NCBI RefSeq assembly: GCF_009914755.1 | Contig: NC_060934.1 | DNA length: 64,000 nucleotides | Strand: one strand, 5' to 3' | Origin: the human T2T-CHM13v2.0 reference genome, Homo sapiens | Part shown: positions 1 to 12,000 of the stretch, in pieces | Layout of the letters: each line of letters starts with the position of its first letter | Position numbering within the stretch: position 1 is the stretch's first letter | The notes under the pieces: model-generated | Databases searched by the model: none | Seen by the model: only the letters and a program-made list of their open reading frames with translations | Told to the model about the DNA's origin: nothing | Made by a program: the position numbers and the translations under genes

Positions 1-499
1 GACATAGGAGGAAAACAAGTTTAAAGACTACTACTGTAGTTCAAGGATGCTTCCATGCTCAAAGTGTGAGGACGGCCATTATGCAGAAGCAAGGAAAAGG
101 GAGATGGATGGGTATTGGGACATCTCTTGTCATTTTGAGTAGATCTGACTATGTGCACAGGTCCTCCTGGCTAAAGAAGTAAGCAAACATTGCTCAGCCT
201 GGCATCCTAGGCCATCTTCACCACGGCCCAGCCCCACATTGTCAGATTTATTTTGTTACCTGGGTACCAACTAAATTGGACTGCCTGTTCTTCTGTCAGT
301 ATCTGTGTCTAGCAACCTATGTGTTCTCATTTTATTCCCTTCCATCATAATTTTTTCTTGCCCATACTCTCTTTATCTAAATTTGAGACTTTTACAAATG
401 TTTCTTTCTTCATTAAATTATTTCTCTCAATCATATACAATATCTTCCTCTTTGGAAACACATTTTAAATCACATGGTTAGCCCCAGAATAATTGCTAT

Positions 500-900
500 T
501 TATTTGCACGGCTTTCTTTGTCTACGACACCACATGCTGCTGAAAGAAGAAATGAAGTCTCACTCATTTTTATGACTCACAGTGCTTTGCACAGGGTCTC
601 AGAATGGAGTATAAGGAGTTCTCTAACCTGAGCTGGATACACTCCAGAGCCTCATTTCTCACGCTCACCCACTACCTGCACATGCTGTTTCAACTTGCAG
701 TTCTGTGGAAAAGACTGTGCTATGTTATGGCTCATGACTTTATTCTTCCTATACCATATCTTTGTATGCTTTTCAGACTCTTGTCTACCCAGCAAATTCC
801 TCTTTATTTTTAAGACTTAGCTGAGGGTGAACTTCTTTATGAAATATTTTCATGGCACCCTCCCTAGGTGCCTCTCTTCAAGTAGAACTAACGGTTCCTT
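500..900 (+). mobile_element. Highly diverged L2 3'-end fragments
   Basis: L2-like motifs (cacagtgctttgcacag; cccagcaaattcctctttatttttaagacttagctgagg); boundaries approximate. Confidence 0.4.
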
Positions 901-1299
901 GTTATATGTGCTCTTCTACATGGTATACGCTTAAAATACCACACTCTACATATACAATTTAATATGAAATGTAAAATATCTTGCAGAACATTGCTATTAT
1001 ATGAAAATATGTAAATGTAAAAGTTATGAACCGACAATGACAAAGAGAACAAGAGAAGAGACAATAGACCAAAAATATGATAAATTTTTAGAAGGTGGAA
1101 ACACTAGTTAGCAGAGCAGACAAAGTTGAGTTCCAAAACGGCTGGATACTCAGCTAATCTTTCTACAGTGACACTTACCACTTCAAAAGCCCTGTATACA
1201 CACAACAACAATCACATTAAATTTGTGCGTGTATGCATGCATATGCCTAGCTCTTAATATGCACATATGCACACTAAATATTTGTGAAAAGCCTCTAAC

Positions 1300-2760
1300 A
1301 TGGACAAAGGGTATTCAGAAGCTATAGAAACAGACAGCAGTGGGAAATGGCTCCAAATCTATAATTAAGTTCTCCAAAGAAAAGTGGAAAGATGCTATAA
1401 AGAGTAACAATCATACAATTTCAAAAAGAGCTCTCTGAAATTAAAAATATGTGAGAGCAAGAACACACACACACACTCACATTTGAAGATATGATTGAGA
1501 ATATCTCAAGCATCTCCCTCAGAAAGTAGAACAAAATGACAAAGAGATGAAAATAATATTTTTTAAGGATAAAACTAGGGGATCAATCTGGGAAGTTCAA
1601 ATAACAGAAAGAAAGTCTAGGAAATATGGAAGGTAGTATTTAATACAATATCAAAGAAATGATATTCAAAACACTCCCAGAACCCGTATTTCTGGAAGGA
1701 AAATATTCACTGAAGGCCCAGCTTAGTGATTGGAAACGCTTACTATGGCACATATTTGTCAAATTTCAAAACTCTGGGTTTAAAGAAAAGATCTGAAAAA
1801 AAGGCCCAGAGGAAAAAAAATTCAGCTCATTTACAAATAATCAAAAATAAGTATACCATCAGATACACTAGGAATACTGGAAGCTAGAGAACAATTGAGT
1901 CATGCCTTCAAACCTTTAGGGAAAATGATTTTCAGCCTGGAATTCCATCATTGGAACCATGGTTGATGTTTAAGGGTAGAATAAATATATGTTTAGGCAT
2001 GCCCGCTTAGCAAGCTGCAGGAGGATGTTCTGCTCCAGAGCAAGGGTATTGCATCTGGAAACAAGGGATCCAACCCTGGTGAGAATGAAAAAGAAGCAAG
2101 AGTTGAAATATATGTCTAGAATGCTGGGAGAAGAAATCCCTGGGATGAAAACTGTGCAGCAGGCCTAGAAATTTAATATTTCAGATTGGGCAGAAAAATA
2201 TAATGCTTTCAATGTGAGAAAAAAAAGGAACTCATGTATTTGATCACAGTGAGGAGAGGTCTTCAACTCTGTTAGAGAATATGGGAGTAGCAGTGGATAA
2301 GAACACGGAAAACAACTATTAATTTCAATGGCAAAAACCACAATTACTTTTGCACCAACCTAATACAAAAAATGCAACTATTAATGCTAGAAGGTAGGCA
2401 AGAAAGGAAATGTGATTATAATATATTAAGTGACTCATCTGAACATAGTATTTTCATAATTATAATTATGTAGCAATAAATATTGATTTAACAAAATAGC
2501 TGGTATAATTTGTATTAAGCAAATGGGAAGAAGGAAAGTGCATTGGAGGCTGTCATAAAATGAGAGGTAAATATTAGATCTCACTACATGAAGAGTTAAT
2601 CTAGTAAATTTTCTTAAAAATCAAGAAATAGCAGTGTAAGCATATCAACTTCATGGAAATAGTTTTAAAATTAGCTGAAAGAAATGAAAGAGGTTGCCTC
2701 TTGAGAGCAGGAAAGAGGTTGAATAGAAGTAGGAAAAAGGAGTAACAAGCACGTTTTAGT
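1300..2760 (+). mobile_element. HAL1 / old L1ME ORF1-like LINE fragment
   Basis: A-rich ORF1-like sequence (atactggaagctagagaacaattgag...gaaaatgattttcagcctggaattc...agggtagaataaa) followed by HAL1-type 3' sequence (actgtgcagcaggcctaga). Confidence 0.6.
2318..2363. mobile_element. MADE1 (Hsmar1-derived MITE), one arm only
   Basis: tttcaatggcaaaaaccacaattacttttgcaccaacctaa matches the MADE1 terminal inverted repeat; followed by TA. Confidence 0.9.
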
Positions 2761-3077
2761 ACTTTTACCCAAAACGTTTAAACCGATTGTTGGTTTATGA
2801 ACTATTAACACAGTCTTTTACTTTACACTATATGAATAAGAGGACAACAACATATAGAAAAATATGTTACACCATCCGAGCAACAGTACACTTTGCACAA
2901 TGGTGATTCATTGATGTGAGTGATTCAGACAAATAATAATTTTGAAGGTGTTTGGGTGGCTTTTATGTGATTTAGAATCAGAAAGTCCTTTTTTGGGTAC
3001 ATCAACTTTTCCTTATTCAAAGACTGAGAAAATAATATGCTATTTACCTGGATCACAAATTATGATTAGCCAAAGTG

Positions 3078-3293
3078 TGTTCATTAACTCAGTCATTCTT
3101 TTACAGAGTAGCCACTATGTGTATCAGGCACCCACATTGATCCTAAGAACAATGGAAACCTTTTAAGGATTTTAAGCAAAGTAGTGATAGAATCAGACTT
3201 ATATTTCAGAATATCCTAGGATGTTGTATGGACTGGATGGGGGCAGGACTAGATAGCAAGGACTTATTGGAAAACACCACAAGAGCTGATAGT
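3078..3293 (-). mobile_element. L2 fragment, left half (split by L1 insertion)
   Basis: ggattttaagcaaagtagtgatagaatcagacttatatttcag is a typical L2 antisense motif. Confidence 0.65.
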
Positions 3294-5065
3294 GTTGTTC
3301 CAGTTCTTAGGGAATTGCTTTCAACTTTTCTCCATTCAGTATGTTGTTAGTATGGGTTTGTCATATATGGCCTTTATTATTTTGAGGCATGTTCATTATA
3401 TTCCCAATTTGTTGAAGGTTTTTATCATGAAGGGATGTCGAATTTGTTAAAGATTTTTTTTTTCATCTATTATGATGATGATACAGTTTTTGTCCTTAAT
3501 TCTGTTTATGTGATGTATTCATTGACTTGCATATGTTAAGCCATTCTTGCAACTCTGGGAAAAATCCCACCTGTCCATGATGTATTATCTATTTGCTGCA
3601 TTGTTGGATTTGATTTGCTAATATTTCGTTGGGAGTTTCTGCACCTATGCTCATTAGGGATATTTGGTCTGTACTTTTCTGTTGTTGTGTCCTTGTCTGG
3701 CTTTGTTGATACTGTTCAGGGTCATACTGGCTTTATAGAATGAATAAGAAAAGATTCCTTCCTCCTTGATTTTTTGGAATAGTTTTACAAAGACTAGTAC
3801 CAGTTCTTCTTTGTTAGAATTGGCTGTGAATCCATCTGGTCCTGGGTTTTTTGTTGGTGGGGGGTAGGGGGTAGATTTTTTTAATTACTGATTCAATTTT
3901 GCTACTTGTTATTAATATTTTTCGGTTGAGGATTTCTATTTCTTCCCGGTTAATCTTGTGAGGTTGTAGTTTTCCAGGAACATATTCATTTCCTCTAGGT
4001 TTTATAGTTTGTGAGTTGTTCATAATAGTCTCTCATGATCTTTTGTATTTCTGTAGTATCAATTGTAATGTCTCCTTTTTTATTTCTCATTTTGTTTATT
4101 TGAATTTTTCTTAGTTGTTTATGTCAGGCCTCTGAGCCCAAGCTAAGCCATCATATCCCCTGTGACCTGCATGTACACATCCAGATGGCCGGTTCCTGCC
4201 TTAACTGATGACATTTCACCACAAAAGAAGTGAAAATGGCCTGTTCCTGCCTTAACTGATGACATTGTCTTGTGAAATTCCTTCTCCTGGCTCATCCTGG
4301 CTCAAAAGCTCCCACACTGAGTACCTTGTGACCCCCACACCTGCCCACCAGAGAACAACCCCCCTTTGACTGTAATTTTCCTTTATCTACCCAAATCCTA
4401 TAAAACGGCCCCACCCTTATCTCCCTTCGCTGACTCTCTTTTCGGACTCAGCCTGCCTGCACCCAGGTGATTAAAAGCTTTATTGCTCACACTAAGCCTG
4501 TTTGGTGGTCTCTTCACATGGACGCACATGAAAGTTTAGCTAGTGGTCTATTAATTTTGCTTATCTTTTTAATAACCAACTTTTCATTTTGTTGACCTTT
4601 TGTGATTTGTTTTGGTTTCAATTTCATTTAATGCTGCTCTAATCTTTATTATGTCCCTTATGCTACTTTGGATTTGGTTTGTTCTTGTTTTTTTCTAGTT
4701 CCTGTGATGTTATGTTAATTTGTGATCTATTTGTTTATGTAGACATTTAATTTTATAAACTTTTCTCTTAACATTGCTTTTGCTGTATCCCACAGGTTTT
4801 GGTATGTTGTGTCTCCACTTCACTCACTTCAAAAAATTTTTTTAATTTTTATTTTAATTTCATTTTTGACCAAAAGGTCATTCAGGAGAATGTTGTTTAA
4901 TTTCCATGTGTTTGCATAGTTTCAAGAGTTTCTCTTGGTATTGATTTCTAGTTTTATTACACTACGGCCTGAGAAGATATTTGATATAATTTCAATTTTT
5001 AAAAATTTATTGAGACTTGTTTTGTGGCCTTACATATGGTCTGTTTTGGAGAATGTTCCATGTGC
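3294..5065 (-). mobile_element. Old primate L1 (L1PB/L1MA-like) ORF2, inverted 5' segment
   Basis: Antisense ORF2 sequence; ORF 3814..4023 gives [23 protein letters not shown]; interrupted by LTR7. Confidence 0.9.
4122..4533 (+). mobile_element. Solo LTR7 (HERV-H LTR)
   Basis: Starts tgtcaggcctctgagcccaagc and ends gacgcacatgaaa; duplicated cctgccttaactgatgacatt; TATAAAA 4399-4405; ATTAAA 4470-4475; 5-bp TSD GTTTA (4117-4121 / 4534-4538). Confidence 0.95.
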
Positions 5066-5138
5066 CACTTTCACCACTCCCATTCACATAGTACTGGAAG
5101 TCCTAGCCAGAGCAATCAGACAAAAGAACCAAATATAA

Positions 5139-5519
<381 letters not shown>

Positions 5520-5580
5520 AACAATATGATCTTATAAACAGAAAACCCTAAAGATTTCTCAAAATAAAAACCCTTATATT

Positions 5581-5702
5581 TTTTATAAACGTATTTAGTA
5601 AACAAATTACTAAATAATGTTTGTAAACATAGTAAACAAAATAATTGTTTACTAAATAAACATATTTAGTAAACAAATTTGTACATAAACAAATTTAGTA
5701 AA
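5581..5702. repeat. Degenerate direct and inverted expansion of the L1 word tttagtaaacaaat
   Basis: Repeated gtaaacaa/ataaaca/tgtttac units where L1 normally has a single ataaacaaattcagtaaag. Confidence 0.8.
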
Positions 5703-6292
5703 GTTTCAGGATACAAAATCAACACACAAAAATCAGTAACATTTCTATACATCAATAATGGTCAAGGTGAGAACCAAATCAAGAAGAAAATTCCATTTAC
5801 AATAACTCCAAAAATCCTAGGAATATATTTGACCAAGGAGGTGAAAGGTATCTACAATGAAAACTACAAAACACTGATGAAAAAAATTGTAGGTGACACA
5901 AACAAATGGAAAAATCTTCCATGCTCATGGATCTGAAGAATTGTTAAAATGGCCATACTACCCAAAGCAATCTACAGATTAAATGCAATTCCTATCAAAA
6001 TACCAACATAACTTTTCACAAAATTAGAAAAAATTTATGAACTCTAAAATTCATATAGAACCAAAAAAGAGCCTAAATAACAAAAGCAATCCTAGCAAAA
6101 AGAACAAAGCTGAAAGCATCACATTACGTGACCTCAAATTATGCTAAACGGCTACGGTAGCCAAAACAGCATGGTACTGGTCTAAAAATAGACACATAAG
6201 ATAAATGGAACAGAATAGAAAACCCAGAAATAAAGTTGCATATCTATAGCCAACTGATCTTCAAAGAAGTTGACAAAAATATACCCTAAGGA

Positions 6293-6500
6293 AAAAGCTG
6301 GTGGTAGACAAAATGAAGTTAGTGACAGTGGAGATGCAGAGAGGTATCTTTATTTGAGATGTATTTTGGAGGTGATAGCAATATTATTTGGTGATTCATT
6401 GGATTTCAGGGTTTACAGAAGGAAGTACTAAGTATAATTTCTGTTTGAAGGGGGCAGAGTGATAAGCAAACCGTTGCATAGTGTTGATTGATATTAATTG
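6293..6500 (-). mobile_element. L2 fragment, right half
   Basis: gtgacagtggagatgcagagagg...gagatgtattttggaggtga continues the L2 left at 3293. Confidence 0.65.
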
Positions 6501-6646
6501 AGATGAGCAACACATATTATTGTCTTAATGTAATTATCTTATTTATGGCTCTTCCTCAGCACAGCTGGGTTTTCAGTCAACTGAAACATAAATGAAGCAC
6601 TTAGGAACTTCAAAAAACACAAGGCCTCACTTCCCAGCATTTTGGT

Positions 6647-6784
6647 GTTGATTGATTGATTGACTGATTGAGAAAGGGTCTCACTATGTTAGCCAGGCTA
6701 ATCTTGAACTCCTGACCTCAAGGAATCCTCCTGCTTCAGCCTCCTGCGTGGCTAGGATTACAGACATGAGCCACCACACTCAGC
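6647..6784 (-). mobile_element. FLAM/Alu left monomer with (TTGA)n-converted tail
   Basis: agggtctcactatgttagccaggctaatcttgaactcctg...gagccaccacactcagc. Confidence 0.85.
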
Positions 6785-7075
6785 AGTTTGTTTTGACCCT
6801 AATAAGAGGACACAAGAAATTATCTCTCTTTCTGCATCTACTCAAACAAGCCTTAACCAAGTAAGTCCAGTTTGGGGCCAGAATTTTTTGCAGTAAAAAC
6901 TAAAAGCTGCTCTTTTCATTTTATTGCTTTCCTCAGACTGTAGTAGGTTAGTCTATGTCTGTCTGAATCTAATTGTGTCCCTAGGGGTTGGACTGAGTGT
7001 CTGACTCTGGTTCATAACCCCAGGAAACACACCCACTCCTCAGGTGACACCAACCAGAGCAAATCCAGGGCTTAC

Positions 7076-7367
7076 CCCTCTGCGTGGTATGGAAAATCCC
7101 AGAAATAGTATGTTCTGTGGCCAGAAAAATGTGGAATGCATGATCTGTACTCATGGTGGGATGGACAGGATTGGAATATTCGGTCCATTGGAGCCAGAGG
7201 AACCACAGGACTACACAAGAGCAAGGATGCATATGTACCTGCTTTTCCACTTATGGGATTGTTTTCAGTGGCCAGAAAATAAATGGATATTTTAAACATA
7301 TTCACTTTCACTAATTCTTGCGAAGCAAACACTTCAAGGTGAAACTCAAGCTTGAATCCAGTCTCGG
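7076..7367 (-). other. Candidate 292-nt internal exon (probably non-coding)
   Basis: Minus-strand acceptor ttggttatctttctcttcacag| and donor GGG|gtaagc in non-repetitive sequence; no transcript evidence available. Confidence 0.3.
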
Positions 7368-7842
7368 CTGTGAAGAGAAAGATAACCAAAACTGTTGTGA
7401 AGGGACAAGAGGGCTAGACAGAAGTGATGTGGAGTGAGGGGCGAGCACTCTCTTTTGATCCAAACCAGGCATTTGAGATTCTGTCCAGGAAACAATTGGA
7501 GAAAACATCAGCCAAGCAACTAAATATGTTTTTCTTGGACTTAAAAAAAAATCAAGCATGTTTTGAAACTCTTAGGGGAGGCATTTCTTACCTCTTTTAT
7601 TAGTAAAGAGTAAAAGGAGCATCAGCTTCATGAGGAAGAAATTAATGCATCAGAGCCCAGACAGAAACCCAGATGCAGACTCAGGATAACCTCATTCTTT
7701 GCATGACAAGCATTAAAAGGTCATTTACCCACTAGGTCCTTTTTACCTTCTCCACTGCACTTACCTGAACTAAAATAAAGAAATTATTAGTATTTCTCAT
7801 CTCAATCTCATGTAAATGTTTTTGTCTTAGCACGTGTGCTTC

Positions 7843-7867
<25 letters not shown>
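7843..7867. repeat. (TG)n microsatellite
   Basis: Direct reading. Confidence 0.95.
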
Positions 7868-7873
<6 letters not shown>

Positions 7874-9456
7874 ACGCACGCACATTTATGTACATGTCCC
7901 AATAGGTTTGTATGGCAAAGAGCTTTCCAGGGACATCCAAAGTGATCGTGAGAGAATGAAATAAAAATTACTTTTTTCTCATCTGGAAAGATTTCTGAGG
8001 TCAAATAAATGAGAGTATTTTAATAGAGAGAAATGAAGGAACATTCCAGTCATGGCAAAAAATCTCATGGGGGGGGTCCTTCACTAGGGTCATGCTTAAA
8101 TTCAGCATAGTTTAACAAGATAAGAAGATAGAACATAAATATCACTAAAACTTCTTAAACATTTTCTTATCATTTCCCATGTTCTTCAAATATGAGCATG
8201 TACAAGCTCCTATTACATTTTGTTCTTTGGAAACCATGAATAACTTAATAAGCACCAAGTATTATCTATCTGGATTAAATTTTTTAAATACGCACATTTC
8301 TTTCTATCTAGATAATGCCCATGGAAACGTTCTCAGTGTCTTGTTAAAGTAATTTAAATTCTAGTACAGTCTTCAAGCTAGACATTGAAAAATAGGCATA
8401 CTTCAGCTACACAAATATTTTCTTAGCATTCTTCATGCATCATCTATGTAAGTATTTTCTCAGCAGTCCTCAGGTGTATCTCACAGAAAACTCATATTTA
8501 TTTCAATTCCTAAGAAATGACAAAAACTTCCTTTCAGACTTTCAAAAATATGGCATTTGGTTTTGCAAATCATGCTCCCACCCATGAAATGGAGCATGGC
8601 TGAACATTATTTGTCTATGAAATAGGCCTCAAAAATAAGAAAATGCTTTTTAATATAATTTTCTTTGTTAAAGTTTCTCAATCCTTTGGATCACATGCCA
8701 ATGTTAACTACAGACTTAGAATTCTCCCTGGGATAAGGGAGCCTGTGTGACCTCATTTCCACAGTGCCCCAGGACCTGTGTTGAGGAACATTGGGTTTGT
8801 AGGTCTTCTAAGGATACTCAGGTATCAATATTTGGAAAGCAGCAATTCCTCAGAGTCATCTCTTCTGCCAACACATGTAAGCTAATGATATCTTTCCTTG
8901 GCCACTTTCTTTGTAATCATGACCTCTTCCAGAATTGGGGCTGATATTAGGCAAATTATACAGTATTGAAAAATTGTCTTTCGTTCTCTCTCCACTCTTT
9001 TTTCATTCTCCATATTTCTATCTTGGGCTTACTCCAGGAAATACCAGTACCTAAGCTTGGTTTTGGCTGCTCAGAGTCTTGCCTCAGATTCTGCCTGCCT
9101 CCCTGAATCATGTAATCAGTATTCTTCAGGAGCTAGCCCAGATTAGGACCCACAAAAATCAATCCGACCAATTAATATAAGTCAAGTATTCATGATTCAC
9201 AACAGAATTATGGGTAACATTAACACTAGGGTGTTTCCTAGAACCACCAAATTAGTCCATTCTGTTGGCTGCCATTCTGCTCATCATAACCAAATCCCAA
9301 TAGAACATGAATATAAGAGAATAGCACACATGCCACCATTTCTCCTGTCCTGTGTCCATGGCAAACACTTATAACTAATGGACTCTCCTTTCCTAAGGAG
9401 TAGAGAAATCCTCAAAATCCTTTGCAGCACCCTTCTCGAGTTAGCCAATAGCAATT

Positions 9457-9964
9457 TGTATTGCTTACCTATTGCTGTGTTACAAATTAGTCTAAAATTT
9501 AGTGACCTAAAACAAGTAGTTACTATCTTATAATTTCAATGGGTCAGGAATATAAGCATGGCTTAGCTGGCTGCCTCTCCCTCAAGATCAAAGGTCAGCT
9601 GGGTTAGAATCTGCTTCTAAGCTCATTCATGTGGCTGTTAGCAGACCTAAAATCTTCATTGGCAGTTGGCCAGAGACATGAGGTCCTTATCACTTGGACC
9701 TTGCCATAGAAGAGCTCACAACATGGTTCTTGACTTTCCTTAGAAATAGTAAATAAGACGGAGGGGAGAGTAAGAGGGAGAGAGAGGAGTTCACGGCCTT
9801 ATTATAGCGTAACCTCAAAGTGACATTCCATCACTTCTGCCATATTTTATTTGTTAGAAGTGAGTTACCGGGTCTAGGCCTCATTCAAAGGGAGGGGATT
9901 ATGTAAGGATGTGAAACCAGAAGGTGGGAATTGTTGGGAGCCATCTCAGGGATAGCTTCCCACA
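9457..9964 (-). mobile_element. MLT1F-like MaLR solo LTR
   Basis: tattgctgtgttacaaatta...gggtcaggaat...catcacttctgccatattttatttgttagaagtgagt...cccaca. Confidence 0.8.
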
Positions 9965-11691
9965 TTATTCATCAACCTATTAGATTAGGCATGCATTGTG
10001 AAACTCACTTTTTCCACCTTACAAACTATTTGGCGATTAAATAATTTCAACTGAAAGCATGAAAAACTTAAGTTTAGTAAACGATGAAAAATCTAAAATA
10101 ATTGTTTTTCTTGAAACTGTTATTTTACATGGATTCATTTCTTTATAATTCATTCTTGCATTAGTAATGGACTACCTCACTCAGGAAAATAGCAATTTCC
10201 TTAGAGTTCCAGAACAGCAATACCAGGTCTATAATTAGATTTCCTCTTATAAATAATCTTTATACTTTTTGATTTAAAAATGTAGTAAGTAGCCATTTTG
10301 AAAGTTGGTAAAGCCTTGAAAAGTATAAGAAAAATAAACTTTAACTATAATTCTACTGTTCATAAATAACTACATTTAACAGTTTGGCCTATTATTCAAA
10401 ATTAGCACATAAGTGTGTTCATATTCTACATTTCTTATTTCACTTTTGGTTGTGAAAGTTTTAGCATTGACCTGTGGAAAAACAAAACTTGAAATGTTGC
10501 GTTGTGAAGTGCATGTCAAGATGGGGTATTCACTTACAGGCAGATAAATATATACTTGAAGGGAATAGTTGGAAAAAACATTTGGATCATAACATAGTGT
10601 GGATCTGCAGTGACTTTGTTCCTTGTAAAATCTCTGCAACAACCACAATAATAGTTTAACAATAAATGAATCTCCAAGAGAAGAAAGCATAGTATATTTT
10701 CTCTGCTTAACTGGATCGTTATGATAATAGTTAGAAGCCTTTTTTAAGGAAGAAGATACAATTTTTCTTTTGAACTCAACCTCCGGTTACCTCTTTAGTA
10801 TCTCAGCTAATTACCAGTCAACTGTACATATAAACTGTGTGGACGTGTGAAACTGTACCTAATTACCTAGCTAAGCTACCTACCTACCTGCCAAATCCAC
10901 CTACTCCTCTAGACCCCCCGACACCCAGAAAAAGAGATGAGATAATGTACTTGTAAATAACCAGCTCTAGTCTCTGTGTCTCCTTGAAATTTCACTGTCT
11001 TGCCCCTGGGTCCAATCAGAGAAACGCTGCCACAAAATAGCAACTCTCTAATGGATTTTGAAAAGCAAAGCACAATTTAACTGATACAAGGTACAACTAA
11101 GTTCACTGTGGTATCAGGTAGCATAAGACATACCTGAATAGCTAAGCAGGGAAAAAGAGCAGAGGTGGGAAGTCCAAATTAATTACTAAACACCAGAAGT
11201 TTGGGTACCTGCTGTAAAAAACCTAGAAACACTATCCACTGACCTCAGTGACAAGGCATTGGCTGATTTTCTGGGGTATAATTGAGCCTCAAATAATGGT
11301 TGTACTACACAACTAATGAACCCTGCTGAAGGTGGGTATCAAACGTTTCCTAGACAGAAGGCAATTGTCAATTCCACTTTCTGCATGCTATACTGATTGA
11401 CACTCTATAGAGTGTTTCACTATCTAGCAGCTCCCCTTAGGGCTGCTAAGATGGAGTCCATTCAAAGAGCAGATTCACACGTGTTATTGTATCTGTAGGG
11501 TGGGGACCTGCAAAATTGGCCCCAGCCATTCTCCTAGTCACACAAGACCTCTGATGGTCCACATACAACTAAACAGGATCTTTGCACCAAAAACAACTTC
11601 AAAGAATGTATACCAAAAATTAGGCAAATGACATATAATTCAGAAAACATTGTAAACATAAAACGCATATAATTTTAGAAATATTGTCATG

Positions 11692-12000
11692 GGCCGGGCG
11701 CGGTGGCTCACGCCTGTAATCCCAGCACTTTTGGAGGCCGAGGCGGGCGGATCACGAGGTCAGGAGATCCAGACCATCCTGGCTAACACGGTGAAACCCC
11801 GTCTCTACTAAAAATACAAAAAATCAGCCTGGCGAGGTGGCGGGCGCCTGTAGTCCCAGCTACTCGGGAGACTGAGGCAGGAGAATGGCGTGAACCCCAG
11901 GGGGCGGAGCCTGCAGTGAGCCGAGATCGCGCCACTGCACTCCAGCCTGGGCGATAGTGAGACTCCGTCTCAAAAAAAAAAAAAAAAAAAAAAAAAAACC
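11692..12000 (+). mobile_element. Young AluY (AluYe5-like)
   Basis: CpG-rich; ggcgaggtggcg and gaaccccagggggcggagcctgcag variants; pure A tail; 15-bp TSD agaaatattgtcatg (11677-11691 / 12001-12015). Confidence 0.95.
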
